Below, one piece after another: positions 25,434-40,235 of a DNA stretch of 64,000 nucleotides. The stretch is from Phoronis australis. Taxonomy: Eukaryota > Animalia > Phoronida. Location: assembly GCA_002633005.1 (NCBI GenBank), contig NMRA01000397.1, positions 159,217 to 223,216 on the forward strand, given 5' to 3'. The translations under genes and the position numbers were made by a program. Positions within the stretch are counted from its first letter, which is position 1. Every line of letters begins with the position of its first letter. The notes below the pieces were generated by a model, which saw only the letters and a program-made list of their open reading frames with translations, had not been told where the DNA came from and did no database searches.

Positions 25434-25516
25434 GCAAAAGTGAAGGTTAACTTATACTTTAAAGTACCTTGTGCAAAGTGAAGGTTAACTTGTACTTTAA
25501 AGTACCTTGTGCAAAG
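25434..25516. repeat. ~38-bp tandem duplication
   Basis: GCAAAGTGAAGGTTAACTT(A/G)TACTTTAAAGTACCTTGT twice plus the start of a third copy. Confidence 0.85.
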
Positions 25517-28500
25517 AATGTCCAATCCTAATCCTATTGCTGGCCTTTCGCTGAAAACTAGAATTTAGTAGAATGTTCCATAAAATAAAGGATCCGTGTA
25601 TGTGCAACACAAAGCCTCTGTAGCATGCAAAAGTTGAAGCCTACTCCATAACCTGTAGGTCTCTATACACACCAACAAATAGTTGAAGCTAAGTAAATAT
25701 TCAGGTATTCACAATCAATAGAGATATCACAATAAACATTTGAGGTGTTCCAGTCTGTAGGACTGAGCTAGGTATTTTGAAATATGAATACACCCTCAAT
25801 GCTTAATAATGGTCAAAAAGCAGAACACCGCAACCTGCTAAATGAAGTGAAAAAATAACGGCTTTTGTTCGTCTCACCTGTGGTCCAAGTATTGATTCAT
25901 TTGTATGTTATATTTTCACATGAAAAATTCTGCGATGAAGAAAAGCACTCACTTGGTGAGACCGTGAAACTAAAAAGAAATTTTCTATTTACTATCTAAA
26001 AAGCAAATTAAATGCAGCTACTCAGTGACACAAAATGTTTCTCAAACCTCAACATATGACAAATTGATGTCTCAGACAGAAAACTAAAGCATCAGCAAGT
26101 AAAACAACAGTGCCAGAATGTTAACTCTTCAGAAAGTTGGGCTGCATCATATCAGTAGCAGGGAAACCAACTGACAGCATAGCAACAACAATTCTGAGAC
26201 CAGTTTCTGAGGATATACACAACCACAGCAAAATAAAAGGAATTGAGCAAATTACGTAATACCAGATATGAGCATAATTAAACCAATGTGCCTGTATGTG
26301 CCCAGTAAAACACTCCAGTAAAACCAAATTATTACAATAGGGCCTTTCATACTAACGTCGAAGCGTCGGTGTTTTGGAGAGTTGCGGTCAGTATGAACGC
26401 TTAACTTCGGTCCTGGATTGCAGTTAACGGGTCCAGTTAACTTCACAGTAAACAGGTGGATTTGAGAGCTTAGGGTCGACGCTGTGGTGCAGTATGAACA
26501 GTCAACTTCAGTCCCATCAAAGTTATCACCAGATCCCACTGTTATCGTTACCAGTTACAGGGTAATGCCATCGCTAATAGTTGCTTATATTTTGCTCAAG
26601 TAATCACCAATCGAATTAAAAATAAGTTTTATGTCAATTAGCACATGTAAATGGTGGTACACATTGTATTTTGACAACAGTCTTCCAACAGTTAGCTGTC
26701 TGGCTATGCAAGATGATATGTCATCCAATACAGTAACTACATTTTAATTAAAATTTCATACCGTCTTCTGTGTTAGTGCCAATCAGATTCAAAATCTCGC
26801 CTTCTCTTGTTTTACTCATAATCGGCATGATATTTTCTTTTTTTCCGCCGTAGTTTGCTTAGGAGGGCTGTCTCCCTCTGAAAAACTCCATCATTGTTAT
26901 GCTTGACAATTGAAAATGAGAACACCCAAGACGATAGCATGTGCACCAGTCGTGCACAAGTCTACATGCGTATCACGATTCTACCTCATGCATGGACTAA
27001 AACAGTTTTCAAGGGATGGGATAATGCTCATCGTCTTGCCATAGGAGAAACGCTGTGCTGTACTGGTAAATCATATGGCTGAACAAAAATATGGAAAAAG
27101 CATTGGAAATCTCATGGCCGCACCAAATAGACTCTACACATGTATGATCAATCTATCTGAAAGTTGTGATATTTTGTTTTGCTAACAACAATAACAAGGG
27201 CAACCACTTTAATTTTTATGTGTTTTCAATGTTGTTATTTATAAAATAATCTTGGCAAAAATTACACTGTACAATAAGAAGTCAGTTCCAAGAAATATGA
27301 TATTTAAGTTGCTGTGAGCACATGGACCGGTCTAACGCCTTCCCCCCCTTTTTCTTCGTTTCGGACTAGTCCACCTTAGTGCAGGACTCACCACACAACC
27401 CGCTCACTGTGACCTTTTGTCCAATCGAATCGCATAACGGTTAACATCTACTGACTTGGTAGGAGCACACTGCGCTGATGTTTTTTACTGCTGGAGGGAG
27501 CATAGACACGCGGACCAAACTTAATCTTGAATTCAGGATAAAAGCCGCACGGGGGGGGGGAGGGGGAGAGAAAATTTATTCATCTTCATAAGGAAAACAA
27601 TAGAGCACTTTTGCGCTCTGAACATTCGCTCGCCACCTGGACGACTGGCAAGTGAACTTCTACTCGCCCAGCACCATTTTTATACTCGCACTGGCGACTG
27701 GGTGAGTGGCTAAGTATATCCCTGGAGTTTGAAGCTGAAATTGACAAAAAAAATTCTATAATTCTATAACCACTTCCAGTGTCATGTCTGTTTTCTGGAA
27801 CCAAAAATTAAATATCGTGAAATACTTTCAATATCACAGAACAGCCAACACAAACTAAATGAAAAAGACTTGATTTCACAATAAAGATTTTCCCTTCAAG
27901 CAACAGCCAGGATTATTTAGTGATTTAAACCATGGCAAAATCAAGTTAAAAATAGACAAGCATATTAACTGAAAATATTGCCAATATATAATATTGTTGT
28001 GAGGAAAGAAACAATAAATGCCACCAGGCGACACTACACCTGTATGTTTATGCCTATGATGTATCACATTGACCACAAAAGGTAGAAAACACTGCCAATT
28101 AAACCAGATCTGTCGAGACTTGTCGCATATGAGACACAACAGAGTTCCTACAGTACACTCCTGAAAATTCATACTATTCAATATTGTTTTAACAATATTT
28201 AATAAAAGTATTGTCAATAAACACTAAGTTATCAGAATAACTCATGTAAGAGAAATGGATGACTAGTTGGCACATGCGTAGTCACAGTGATTATCTGTTC
28301 TAACAAGAAAGGTCTCCTTCTCTGAAAATAGATATCATCAATATGACTTGGTTGAGCCGAGAGTTATGCTTGAATAAAACCACCACATCAACATATGTGG
28401 CATGCTCACACCACAAATAGGTGCTCCAGTGACCAAATTGGGAAGTGAACTACATACTTTAGGCGCAAGTTTTGGTGCTCTGAAATGAGTACAATTATGG

Positions 28501-29744
28501 TATACATGCTATAGTGTTGGCCACATATGGAAATAAATCATTTGGATGGCTGCGACTGGAGTTTTGAAGTCAATTTTGCACTTAATGAATGACTTTCCTT
28601 GAGCGTACCCAAGAGAAAACTACAAAAGAAAATCTAAAGAATTCACAAACAAAGGATAAATCCCAGATGAGGTCCATTTTAATAGCTTTAAAAAGCTCTA
28701 AGCAGGAATTAATATAAAGTGGATTGTTCCTCAAAAGAAAAATCAATAAGATACAAAGATTGGTTTGGGAGACATATGGAGATTCTTATTGAATAACCTC
28801 GTTAATTGACTAGACTCACCAACACCTGGGAGAACTATATATCCTGTAATTGACAGATCAGAGGCTGTACTAATATGGGATGGATTTAATATAGGCTGGA
28901 CTTATGTAATATGAATTGTGCACAGGTAGAGCACCAATGTCAGAAATCCGTGACACTTGCAAAATAACATGAGAACATATCAAGTTAATTTGTAAGATTT
29001 GTGTTCCTTGGACTTATTGTTCGTGATTTCAGGTAACTTCCTCCGCCCTGTGAGAGAAACTTGAGCGAACCGCGAGGTTTTCATGGATAGGTTCACGTTA
29101 TTTGTAGACTAATTTGTATCCAGAGTCAGGGTATGTGTTAATTAATTATAACTCCATGTGTGCATATGCATATTTCATTTGATTTTATTTGCTGTATTTT
29201 GAAGTGAGTAACTTTTTATGGGGATAAACTATCGCCCCTGTGTGCCTGTGGCATTCAGGCCTAGACCGGGTTGAGTTCCAATTTCAGTCCGTTCACAGCT
29301 TCGCACAACATAACAAGTTCACATTTTCTTCCACGATCCATCTACCATCTTTTAAGTTGTGTTAACGTTTTAAGCGTAAAATTCACCATAAGAACTCCAG
29401 TAAAATTTAGCGTGTGTAGCAAAGACTCGGGGCCAAACAAGAGCAAAGTGGCGGGTTTTGCCCCTTTTCTGGTGACGTCACATTGACTAACGAGAAACTC
29501 GCAAGTGACCTATTTGGGTGTAATGACAACCACCATTGTTGAGACAGTAATGCTAACTATTACTTTTCCACTTCATTAGCTAAGATCTACATCAATACAA
29601 AGGGCGTGCTGAATAGGCATCCTGTAAAAGTCCTTTGGGGCTAAGGGAATCTGAGAAATTCTCCACATTTCAAGGTATTATGCTTTCCTGGTTGTGAAAA
29701 TAAGAAACTATCAATTTATGAAATTATTTAGCGATCTTTCAAAT

Positions 29745-30290
29745 TTCACAAAACTCCTGTAAAGGGTTAAGGCGATTCAGTTTCAGATGCAAGATCACCA
29801 CAAGGGGTCGAGACACAGTAGTCAGACCCGTCCGAAAGTCAACTTCAGTCGTGGCCTTCTCATCAGCAACACATCTGTAAATTTTCATTATGATCCTTTG
29901 AGCGGTATGGCAGATAGAGAGGTAGACGCCTGAAAACGGACACAAAAATAACAAAAATGGCCACAAGATGGCGTAAAATCCATCAAATCCGTCTGAAAAT
30001 GATATGGCATCATTGTCTCCATATTAAAAACCTATTGGCCAAATTTCATGAAAATCCGTCAAGAAGATCCAAACAGAGGCAAAGATAAAAGGTAAAATTG
30101 CCAGAAGGCTGCAGTGGTATGTAGGTCGGTCCGAAATTCGTCGACATCTGTCGCCAGCCACATAGAAACATACCTGCCATATTTCAATAAGATCATGCAA
30201 GGGGTTAAGGAGATATAGCCACGGACGCTCGGACGGCCAGACAGAGATGGCGGCAATATGCGCCCACATATAAATAAGGACGCATAAAAA
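29745..30290 (-). mobile_element. Partial HINE-like element (family of 9444-10733)
   Basis: Contains GGCCACAAGATGGCG and ends GGCGGCAATATGCGCCCACATA...GACGCATAAAAA, the reverse complement of the family 5' end. Confidence 0.7.
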
Positions 30291-30615
30291 GTAACAGAGT
30301 GCGTCATAAAAAATACTGAAAATTAAATATTACATGATGCATCAGCATAACATACACATTTGAACCCGTGCAGTTATGCAAACTTTGAAAAGCATAATGA
30401 TGTTCGTCTTGAATTATTTGAAAGTTTTGTTTATTGTGCAGTCAATCTCATTTAACCTCACTGTTTGGGCTACATACCCAGTGCATTTTAATCTGATGTT
30501 CATGCAAGATCTATTTTTTCACTTCTGTAGGCCATCAATTGTCAATTCCCATTTACCTTTCAATGTCCAACGGTATTAGGCCAGGTAAAAACACCAATGT
30601 TTACCATATCATCTC

Positions 30616-31053
30616 AGGCTCATCTAAAACAATGAGCCACATCAACTTTTGATCCAGAGCAACTGACACGGAGCAACTTGATCGGTGTCAAGTGGTCGTT
30701 TACACACGCAATTTCATTAACTGTGGCAAGACGGAAATTGTACGGTGGAGAGTGGAATGCACAAGCGCAGGTTTTCAAATACCAGGAGTTGCAGAGACAG
30801 AAAGCCTGTATGCAGGTCATTGCGCAAGCGCAGTAGAGATGATCCTTTCCGTCTTGCCCTAGTTTCACGTTCAGACATATAATTGACACGGAGCAAGATG
30901 TTTGAGCGCAAATTGCTCCACCTTACAACGATGACGGGTGGCAAAAGTTGTCACCGCGGTGTAAATTTGCTCCATGTCAGTCCTGTTTGCACACTGGAAC
31001 ATCTCGCTCCGTGTCAGCTGATCCGTGTCAACTTTTGTAGTGTAAATGGCACT
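30616..31053. mobile_element. PIF/Harbinger-like MITE
   Basis: Right end TAGTGTAAATGGCACT. Internal TGACACGGAGCAA motifs are mirrored by GCTCCGTGTCA motifs. Left end is degenerate. Confidence 0.5.
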
Positions 31054-33063
31054 TATGTTACCAGACACGTGAAATTCCGAAGTGGTGTCAAAGACCCTAA
31101 CGGACAAAATCTGCCACCTGAGCCTCTGTCTGCAGAAAGACTATTGGCTCATGAACATTAAGCCTCGTGGCATACAGACATTAAGCACCGTTTAATCTAA
31201 TTTTGTTTCACTTCATTTTCAAACTGTGAAGGCGTGCTTTCAAAGATGGAAACAAAATTTGATACTTACTTGTGCTGAGCATGCCGCATACAAATCGGTG
31301 ACACTGCATTTTTAAAACAGCTTTGGTGAGGCTTCGTTCTAATTAATTTGCATTTGAAATGATGCTTACCACAACCATAGTCAGCCAGGGACTTACATTC
31401 TGTGCCACAATTAAGTTTTAAGCCATGCTTACTCCATACCAAAGATGCATATTATCACCTGACATTGTTCAAGTGACAATTTTCCATTCATGGCAATTAT
31501 GAGATCAACCAATTGCTATGACAGAGAGCATTATGCAAACACTGACTAACAATTCTATGACCTTTCAAGTTAGAAACCATGACAGTACACTGGTGACATT
31601 CCATACTCTCTGCTGCGAGTATTTCCCCAATCTGCAAAACGACTTTTTCATGACGTCTGCAAAACAATTTTTTTTTCAATAAAATATCGATCCGCACATA
31701 TTTTGGCATGAATAGAACCCACAAACATAATTATCTTTTTTCCTGGCTTCACAATACATACCTTCCATTTCTCGGAACGACAAGAAGTAAGAAGTTCTGA
31801 TGTCACCCAAAATGTATTCCTAGTTCCATGCACCATGTGGTCTACATAAAATGTTTAACAGTAGTGGCACACCTTTGAATACCCTGAATTATTTATCTGT
31901 CAGTAAGTTATGTTATCTACCCTATGGATCTTTGAAGTGATCAGGTACCATCATTGGGGTTCACAAGCAAAGGTTGCCAGTTTACACACACTTACCCAGC
32001 ACAAACATCACAATTTGTGAGGTTCCCAAACGGGGTCCTCGGCATGTTGAAAAATACCAAGGTTTTATGTAATTTAAACAACCATTCAGGAAGGAATATT
32101 GATGTATGTACAATAAAAATAAGCAGAAATAACTTAACCAAGGAACCACAGCATGGGTTATTCCCTTTGAATTACAGGATTTGGCGTTTCATGGGGAACA
32201 GCATGATGCAAATAGAAGAGTTACAATTCATTTTATACAAACACCCAAAATAAATTTGAAAGAGTATACCATTTCATATTAACCTATTAAAAAGATGTGC
32301 ATCTATCACCATTTCGAGCTTCAAAATACCAGCAGTTTATTTCTATCTTCTCTTAAATATTCATAAACTGATTAGTTTCCTTAACTAATGCGACCAGTCA
32401 CAACTAACTTTCTATCTCTCATTTAAATTCCGCTTAATAATTAATATTATACTAGTTTGGCACACACTTATCATTAAAAATAGGGCCCATTTCATAGCAC
32501 CTTGTAGGCTTTTTCATGTGTAGGCCCTACAAAGTGTCAAAAAATAGGTCACGCCTGACTAGTTCAGTGTACATTTTTGAAACGTATATAAATACCTCCA
32601 GTGGAGATGTTAAGGCTATAGACAAGAGAAAAGACAGTGTTGACTACTAATATTGAACTCTAGCAATTCACATCGAGTTCGGAATTGGTATTGTGGTGAA
32701 CACTGAGTAAGTATATTATTCCAGTTTCTACTATAATTAGAAATCATGAAAATTTCCAGTCTATACTATTATTGCTGTCTCTACAACTATTCGGAACTCA
32801 AGAGTAACTTTATATGGGGGTGTGCTATCGTCTTAAGCAACACAGTGCCCTTGGCTGGCTGGCTAGGGTCTACTACACTCCCAACCAGTCTCTGCATTAA
32901 TTTCATGTCGTATACGTAGACCAAATCCGCTCAACGAATAAGAAGTTTTCACCTCATCAAAAATACAATTTACACTTAAAATTGTCACTCAAAAAGCACT
33001 TACTTTCTTCAGCAATCCTTTCTAGCTCTATTCATGTCCTTGATGAAGCATGTCTACGGAAAT

Positions 33064-33648
33064 TTAGAGAGTGACCACCGTCCTACTGGCACCGCTCCTA
33101 TAGGCACTCCATACGCTGGAAGCTTTTTGGCGAATTATGTTTCGCACTGACTAAAACATCAATGTCACGTTGTAATAAATACCTTTTGCGCATAGAAGGA
33201 CACCTTAGGAGGCCGTCGACGTATTTAATTCCTTCCAACTCGAGCAAATACTCCCGATATCAAACATTTTTTCTTTGAGCAGTCCCTCATTCAGTTCCCA
33301 AAATCGGTAACTTGCCATTTTTACTCTGCACACAACAGGGGATAGGATGTCATACCACTTGCGGTGCGCAGTGTTAAAAATGGTGAGTTATTTTGGGAGC
33401 TGAACGAGGGACTGCTCGAAGAAAAAGTTTGATAACGGGAGTATCTGTTTGAGTTGGAAGAAATTAAATACATCAACGACCTCCTCAGGTGTCTCCCTAT
33501 GCGCAAAAGGAATTTATAACGACATCACTTTGATGTTTTACTCACTGTGAGGCACAAGGCACAATTCGCCGAAAAGCTTACGAAGCACCTAAAGGGAGCT
33601 CCACTGTCTCTACTGGTGGCACCAGTAGAGACATTGGTCACTGTCTAA
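33064..33648. mobile_element. Fold-back (almost fully palindromic) non-autonomous element
   Basis: TTAGAGAGTGACCA ... TGGTCACTGTCTAA ends. The ~275-bp arms pair along their length (e.g. CCTTTTGCGCATAG / CTATGCGCAAAAGG; GAGCAGTCCCTC / GAGGGACTGCTC) around a short centre near 33340-33355. Confidence 0.85.
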
Positions 33649-35574
33649 CCAGAATTAAGATGACTTTGGTGAAGAATACCAACTCCACATTTTTGGTCAC
33701 CATTACCTTTCTCACCAAGTGTGATAACCACAAAATATTTCAACTAACGAGTTTGGCAAGGATAAGCGTGAGACTGACAAAGCACGTGACACTTGCAAAA
33801 ACTTAATTGCATGAGAAGATATCTGATGAAATTTGTAGTAGCAATAATAGTAGTAGTAGTAATAATCTTTATTTAAAAGTCGGTGAGGTTTAACCATGAA
33901 ACATTAGCACAAGTGCTACTATACGACAAGTTTTAAAAATCTACAAAATGAAAATACAACAGACCCGTGTACCACCAGAACTGCATTGGACTACTCTGAA
34001 CACCAGATTTGCAAATTTGTCCAGTTAATTTGCAAATTTTCGCGAACAGACCAAATTTACTCTAAAATACAGGGGGCTTAAATTTTTCGCAGTCGACATT
34101 TCGCTAACTAAAAAAAACGGGTTCGTTCAGAGCTATGAATTGTGCTTTCGCTGAATTCTTGCCTTTTTAGGAGCCTTTTGTCTCGTTTTCTCAGACTTTT
34201 GGTTTCTCTACTTATCCTACTTACTTGTCTCTGAAACAGTGTAGTGAATTCAAGGTACCTAAACTACACGGTGAACGGAATCATAAACATGATGGTTACG
34301 GATGCATGAACACGACTCATGTACCTGCAAACACTGACTCACAAACATGGGAACGGACTCACAAAACACAATGAATGCATTCACCCAAAATGGCCAAATA
34401 CACGGGACACGTACTCACATTCACGATGAAACACGGTTAATAGACCGCCAAACACGGTTCACTCCGATAAAGCATGCCAGAACATGGGTCACGGATGGCT
34501 TCCTGGGTCAGCTGACATCTACATTTTGTCCGTAAACTGTGTTTGGCGGTCAATAGGCCTAGGGCCTACATGTCAACAGATCTACATTTTTCACTTGCGG
34601 CGGTTTAAAATATTATAATTATATTTATACTAATTTATAGGCCTACATATGAAGAACCACTTATCTCTCTTAATGACAACCGTTCCAGAACAAGACACTC
34701 CACATTTCCGTGGATACCAGGCGTTGGTGAATAAACTATCATATCTAAAAAACGCTAAAAGATAAATCACAGAATTTCACTTACTGGGCACTGTTTACTC
34801 TTTAACTTCGGTTGTGATACAATAGAGTGCCAGGGTAATAAACCTACTTTGAGCTTGGAGAAGTGATGCGACATCTGGCGTGCGTTCAGTAGGCTAACGC
34901 CAAGACAGAGAATCCAAGCACTTGACCTACTTTCCACATCTGGTAGCACTTACGCCGCTGATGTCACACGGGTGTTGCGCGATTTGCCGCCACACATGAG
35001 AGTTCATCAAGCAATTAGGATCGGAAGTGTATGTCCCTCATGCGTGGCGAATTTGTGTAGGAAAGAAATCTTTGTGTCCGACGTTGAATCAACTCTTTAT
35101 TTAAAAACCCCTTTCGTGAATAAACATAAGATGAGTAATGATTTTCAGCTGTCACAACTTCATTGATACAAACAATTTCTTCACGGAAATTGGTGAAGTG
35201 GACCATTCGCAAACACAAGCAAGAATGGACTGGTTTAGTGTTACGCACGCCGAGTGTGGTACTGCCAAAACCGGCCTGATGAACTTCGAGTCTTGCCATG
35301 CAGCTTCAGGCTAAGGAGCAACCTGGCACTGTTACGTCAGTGCCTAATACATCGAGTGTATCCGTCATCTGGCAACAACTTTGAGTGGAAAAGTCTGTCC
35401 ATTTTCTTAAGTTAAAAGAGTCAGGCAGGCTACTTGAAAACTTCCCGATCGAGAACCACCATAACGGGGCTCTCGTGTTTTTAGCTCAGGCGTTCTGGTC
35501 CCCGGCCAACCACGAGGGCCTGCGCACGCGGCGCCATGCACCGCAAATGACATCAGGCCACTTGTACTCTTTTT

Positions 35575-36035
35575 ACGGCTCAAGACACTGTAGTTTTCCT
35601 TGCATGTTTACTTGGCCCGGGGTCGTCCGTACAGGCGAGTGCGCCGTGACTCCTGACGTCATTGAAACTCGCGCAATTGGAACTATTCCATTATTTTTTC
35701 GCTTTTTCTTCAAAGATCGCTTCTCCTGTTCACATTTTTGATGTCTAGCATCGTTTTTCGTGCTTTAGTCACTAGAAACCATTCGCTTTCTTGCGCCTTT
35801 CCCGCTGGGCTCGACACTCGCGGGACCCGGCCCGGCACGTCGCCTGGTAGAATCGATGTTTTGAAAATTCTCAGTGGCAATAGTCATTGAACAGTGAAAA
35901 CCACGAAAAACGAGTGAAAGAACCAATCAATATTCCGATTCTGCGAGTCAGGCGCACTCGGTCTGGCCGGTGACGAGACCGGACCAAGTAAACATGCAAA
36001 TGAACAAAACTACAATGTATTCGGAGCCCTAAAAA
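35575..36035. mobile_element. MITE with imperfect long TIRs
   Basis: TGTAGTTTT...TTGCATGTTTACTTGG...CGAGTGCGCC is mirrored by GGCGCACTCG...CCAAGTAAACATGCAA...AAAACTACA. Confidence 0.65.
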
Positions 36036-38399
36036 TCTTTCTAGAGATATGTAGAAGAGGTAATCGTTTCTTAATTTTCAGTTGGAAATAAGGGGTACAT
36101 GTTTAATGAAATTGAATACTTCATTCTTTGACGTCAAGTAGGCCTACATCGTCTGCGGGACCTTCTGGTAGTACTGGCCAGCCCAAGTAAAACTAAAAAG
36201 AAACTCATGTCAGTTTTCTGACTGTATTCTGTGTACTAGGTCTTCGAAGTAGGACCACTGTAAGCAGACCAAGTTATATTGGTCGGGTGGCTTACCTGCC
36301 AGTGGTCTACTTGACCCATGTTAATTGCTTGGTAATTCCTGATCAATTCACGATATTCGCAAAAATATCAAACTATACACAATGCAAAACGGCTAGAGAC
36401 TGAATGGAGCCGTTTCCCTTAAAAACTCTATCAACCACGTTCTCGTATTAAAAACATCACTTTCATGTTAGCGTGTCTTTCCTATTACCCCCCCCCCCCT
36501 TATTCGTCATTTTTAACAGTACCGGAATTTCACACCCGCCGTGTCCCTCTGCGTATGTTTCCAGCTTTTGCTCTGTGGTGGTATTACTGCATCATGTTAT
36601 TTCCACTTGAGAACGAAACGTGTTTCGAAACATCGTGTCTCTTGGTCAGTTGCACCAACAATGCTCTTTTGAGTGTCGAACTTTGTTCCGAGGATACGAA
36701 CGGAACGGGATAAAGATTCTTAGTAATAACGACAAGTGTCCGTATATTCAACCAGTTTTGCATATCGAAAAACTTGCTCCCGAAGTCCAGCCATTTAACA
36801 AAAGAAGAGTTTTATTAACATTCCATTAATTGAAGAAAATACACCATTTCCTTAAAATAAATAGGCATGTGTGAAATGCACGAACCACAAATAAAAAATA
36901 AAAATTAATACAATGTAGTTAGACCTAAATCGGGCTAATGTACATCCATATTATCAATTCATGGCAATATGTGAGAATTGGGGGATATAAATGGAATGTA
37001 TATACAGTGAAAGCGCTCATTACCAAATCATGAATCACACACCCAAAGAAAAGAAGTGACTACATGGCCAGGAAAGACTACAACATTTTACTAAAATTAC
37101 AGCAATGAAACCAAAAATAACGAATCACGTAACACGCAAAAGCCAAGAATATCCCCAAAATCTATTAGAGACTAGACCATAAAATAAAACATAGAACAGG
37201 TAGCTCGAAAGTTTGCTGGCAAGGGTCACAGATGTGATTTTCGGGAAGCACCGTTAGACTTTTCCTGCAATGTGATGCAACCCACAACCATCCAGTCCGA
37301 CAAAAAATCCACGTCTAAGCAACGCAAATACAATTAAAATCCGTTTAGATAACGTTATAACTTAAATAAGACCTTCATTTGTTTCGAGACTCCCGATCGA
37401 CGTACGCACAACGTCATTGCAACTGGCATAAAACTCTTTTTATGTTGCGATTAAGGAATTCTGACGTTCCAACCGGCGTAGAACTTTTATTTGACGCGAT
37501 AAGGGCGTCCCAACCTCAATACCAATGAAAGAAATTGGACTGCGGCGTCCGTACAAGACGAAGTACATCAAATGTACACCGATCCGCCTTCTCGCGCAAC
37601 TATCCACAAGGCCATGATTGTCATGAAATTGAAATTTCATCACTGATCAGATCAAAGGACTGCGACGCCTGTACAACATGTTTACAGCATTACAACTGCC
37701 AATGAAAAAGCTTATGCTCGCAGACGTCCCAACGATGTCATTGCGATGGGTGCACACCTAGCCTCCGAACGGTTTGGGTACTTTGCTTAGTTACCCAAAG
37801 GACAAGTGTCAATACGTCACCCGAGGTTGTACATCAACAAAAACGAGTGTAAAGTGATAACTAAAATCGAAAAGGTACCTGGTAAGACCCTAGCTGCCCT
37901 GTATGAAAAGTTGGGGGTATCGAGGTCCCATAAGTAAGGTATAGTATCTAGGGGCTGTTTTAAAATCCGGCCGGTAGTCCAGTTTCTGGTGGCTGGGGAA
38001 AATGATACGGAGTGTGCCTCCGCAGGCAAACGCCTAGAGTTCATATTTAGTTCCCGTGGATCACCAAGATTCTGCGCGGGCCTACTGCATGGTTACACCT
38101 TACGTATCATCCACATACCTACGATAACATCGTGGTTTACAGTCCGGTGGACAACTGGCCAGAGCCTCATTGAGTCTCAAGATAGCACATGAAAATATTA
38201 GCTAATATTGGGCACAGGGGGCGGGGTGAACCCATGGCCACTCCGTCAATTTAATCATAAAAGTTAACATTTAAACAGAAAATGGTTCTGTTTAACTGCT
38301 ATCGTAAGCAACTTACGTAATTGGTTACGAGTCAATTTATGGACCTTGTCAGTATCAACATAGAGCTTGTTAAGACACAATTCAATGACCTCATCCACA

Positions 38400-40235
38400 G
38401 TAGCCTACATTAGTGAAGAAGCTACAAACATCTAGACGTTGATACTGATTACGAGTGAGCATTTGAACCTCGATTCCATACCATTGTCAACCAGAACGTG
38501 TCCATAGACCAGACGTGGGTCCCTGCTCAGGTCAGTCAGTCGACCACACGGTTCGCCTACCACTCCTTTAGTCATCAAAGGCCATGGACATATCTGCCAG
38601 ATACGTGGCCGTACCCGATCCATCCCAGGCAGTCCACACCGAAGATCAGCATGTGTCCCCACCAGGTCAGTCCATCTTCGAAAGAAGTGCCTCAGATCCC
38701 AACAACCAACTATCTGCCTCCGACGTTGCTGCGTTTACCGAGCTCCGTTGTCTATATGACCAAGTTTTCCAGAGCATGCAGTGATCCGCAAGTACAACGG
38801 CGCTTTAGGTAAAATACAGCCTAAACTAAACATAAGCACTACCCTTCTACCGCAGTTACTTGGACTACAGAGAAAGTTTGATGAACTGGAAAGTCTTGGT
38901 GTGTTTGCAGAAGACGTGAACGTGTAGAATACCTGAACACGTCTTTCCTCAGTCATCAAGAAACCATCGTCTCGTGACGCCGTCATTTGCCGATGTTGCC
39001 GGGGCAGTACAGCAAACCGCAACCGTCTCTAATACCCCGTGTTGATAATACCCCGTGTTGATGTAGTCCTTAGGGATATTATATTGCACGTGGAAGTATA
39101 GAATCGTCAGTGACTTACGTCAGCCGTTTTTTAGATTCCACTTGCTCATATAGCCCCATGAGGTTTTGCGGCGTGGCCACTCCCTTTAAAGGAGTTCGTG
39201 TTCAGACATGGGAACGCCGGAACCTGAAACATGCCTGAAAGAACTTATGTGCCGCGTCTTGGGAGACCGCATTTCTGATGGGTTTGTTTCGAAAAAAACT
39301 GAAACCTTTACGTGGGTGGTAACACCATTGCCGAGCTGCTCTCAAATTGGACCCAAGTCCTTCGTGCAGTCTAAGCCAACAGCTAGACTGTGCCTCAACG
39401 CATCCAAGACAGTCATGTGTCCCCATTAAACCACTATCCTTGGGTGGACCTGGTCTAACGGAACATTACAAGCCAGCAAGCATCGCCCACGGCTCTGCTC
39501 TTTTGTCGGCGCTTATAAGGTCCCAAGTCGGGTGATTCTCCGCAGTGCCTTCATCTTGCACCCCCTCGAGCAAGCTATTGGTGGTAGGAAGTCCAAAGAC
39601 CACACGCAGTAGGGCGACGCTATGCTGAGAACTTTTCAGAAAGCGCAGTCCAAGGTCAGCAAGCATAAAGCGGTAGCTATTGCTAAGCAGCAAGGTACAT
39701 TATGGACTGTGACAGCAAGCAACATGGTAAGGCTGCATCCCGGCTTATACGTTTTTCGTGACCACCAAACTCTCCTCGTTGGCTTCTTTAATGCTAAACT
39801 GAAGAAGCATCAGTCGTCACGGCTACCTTGTGAGCCTCTGCAGTCCAGCATTTCACTCCTTAATCGACTAAATCCGCACGTGTGCTCACCAAGAGTCGCC
39901 AATGCGTACAGGCATAACTCAAACTCTGCCGTGGTGAATTAGTCGTGTTACTACCTCCCTAGCTACATCAGTCGTTAGCTATATTGCTGGTTAAGCCAAC
40001 CTGTCTTCCAATATACAGGAGTCAACACACGCTATAGACTTTGAGAACCCACGCTGTCAAATATGTATTCTTACAAATGATGTCACTGACACCGTCGTAC
40101 GCCAACTGAACGTCAAATACGTCTTGGATGCTTCCGGCAAGATGCCCTTCACAAGTAGTGTGGCAGGCGTGATTGTCTACACAACAGGAATGTCCGTATC
40201 TGCAGCGCATCCACGCTCACCTTACACAACGCATC
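38400..40235 (+). mobile_element. Heavily degraded Ty3/Gypsy LTR-retrotransposon pol relic (RT-RNase H)
   Basis: Frameshifted peptides LQRKFDELESLGVF, GQYSKPQPSLIPRVD, MRFCGVATPFKGVRV, ETCLKELMCRVLGD, LVGFFNAKLKKHQSSRLPCE and STQQECPYLQRIHAHLTQ occur in Gypsy pol order, with many stops and indels. No LTR pair identified. Confidence 0.85.

Noticed and set aside
34700-35400. Moderately GC-rich stretch with several short ORFs
   Set aside because: No recognisable domain or consistent splice sites, so it cannot be called.
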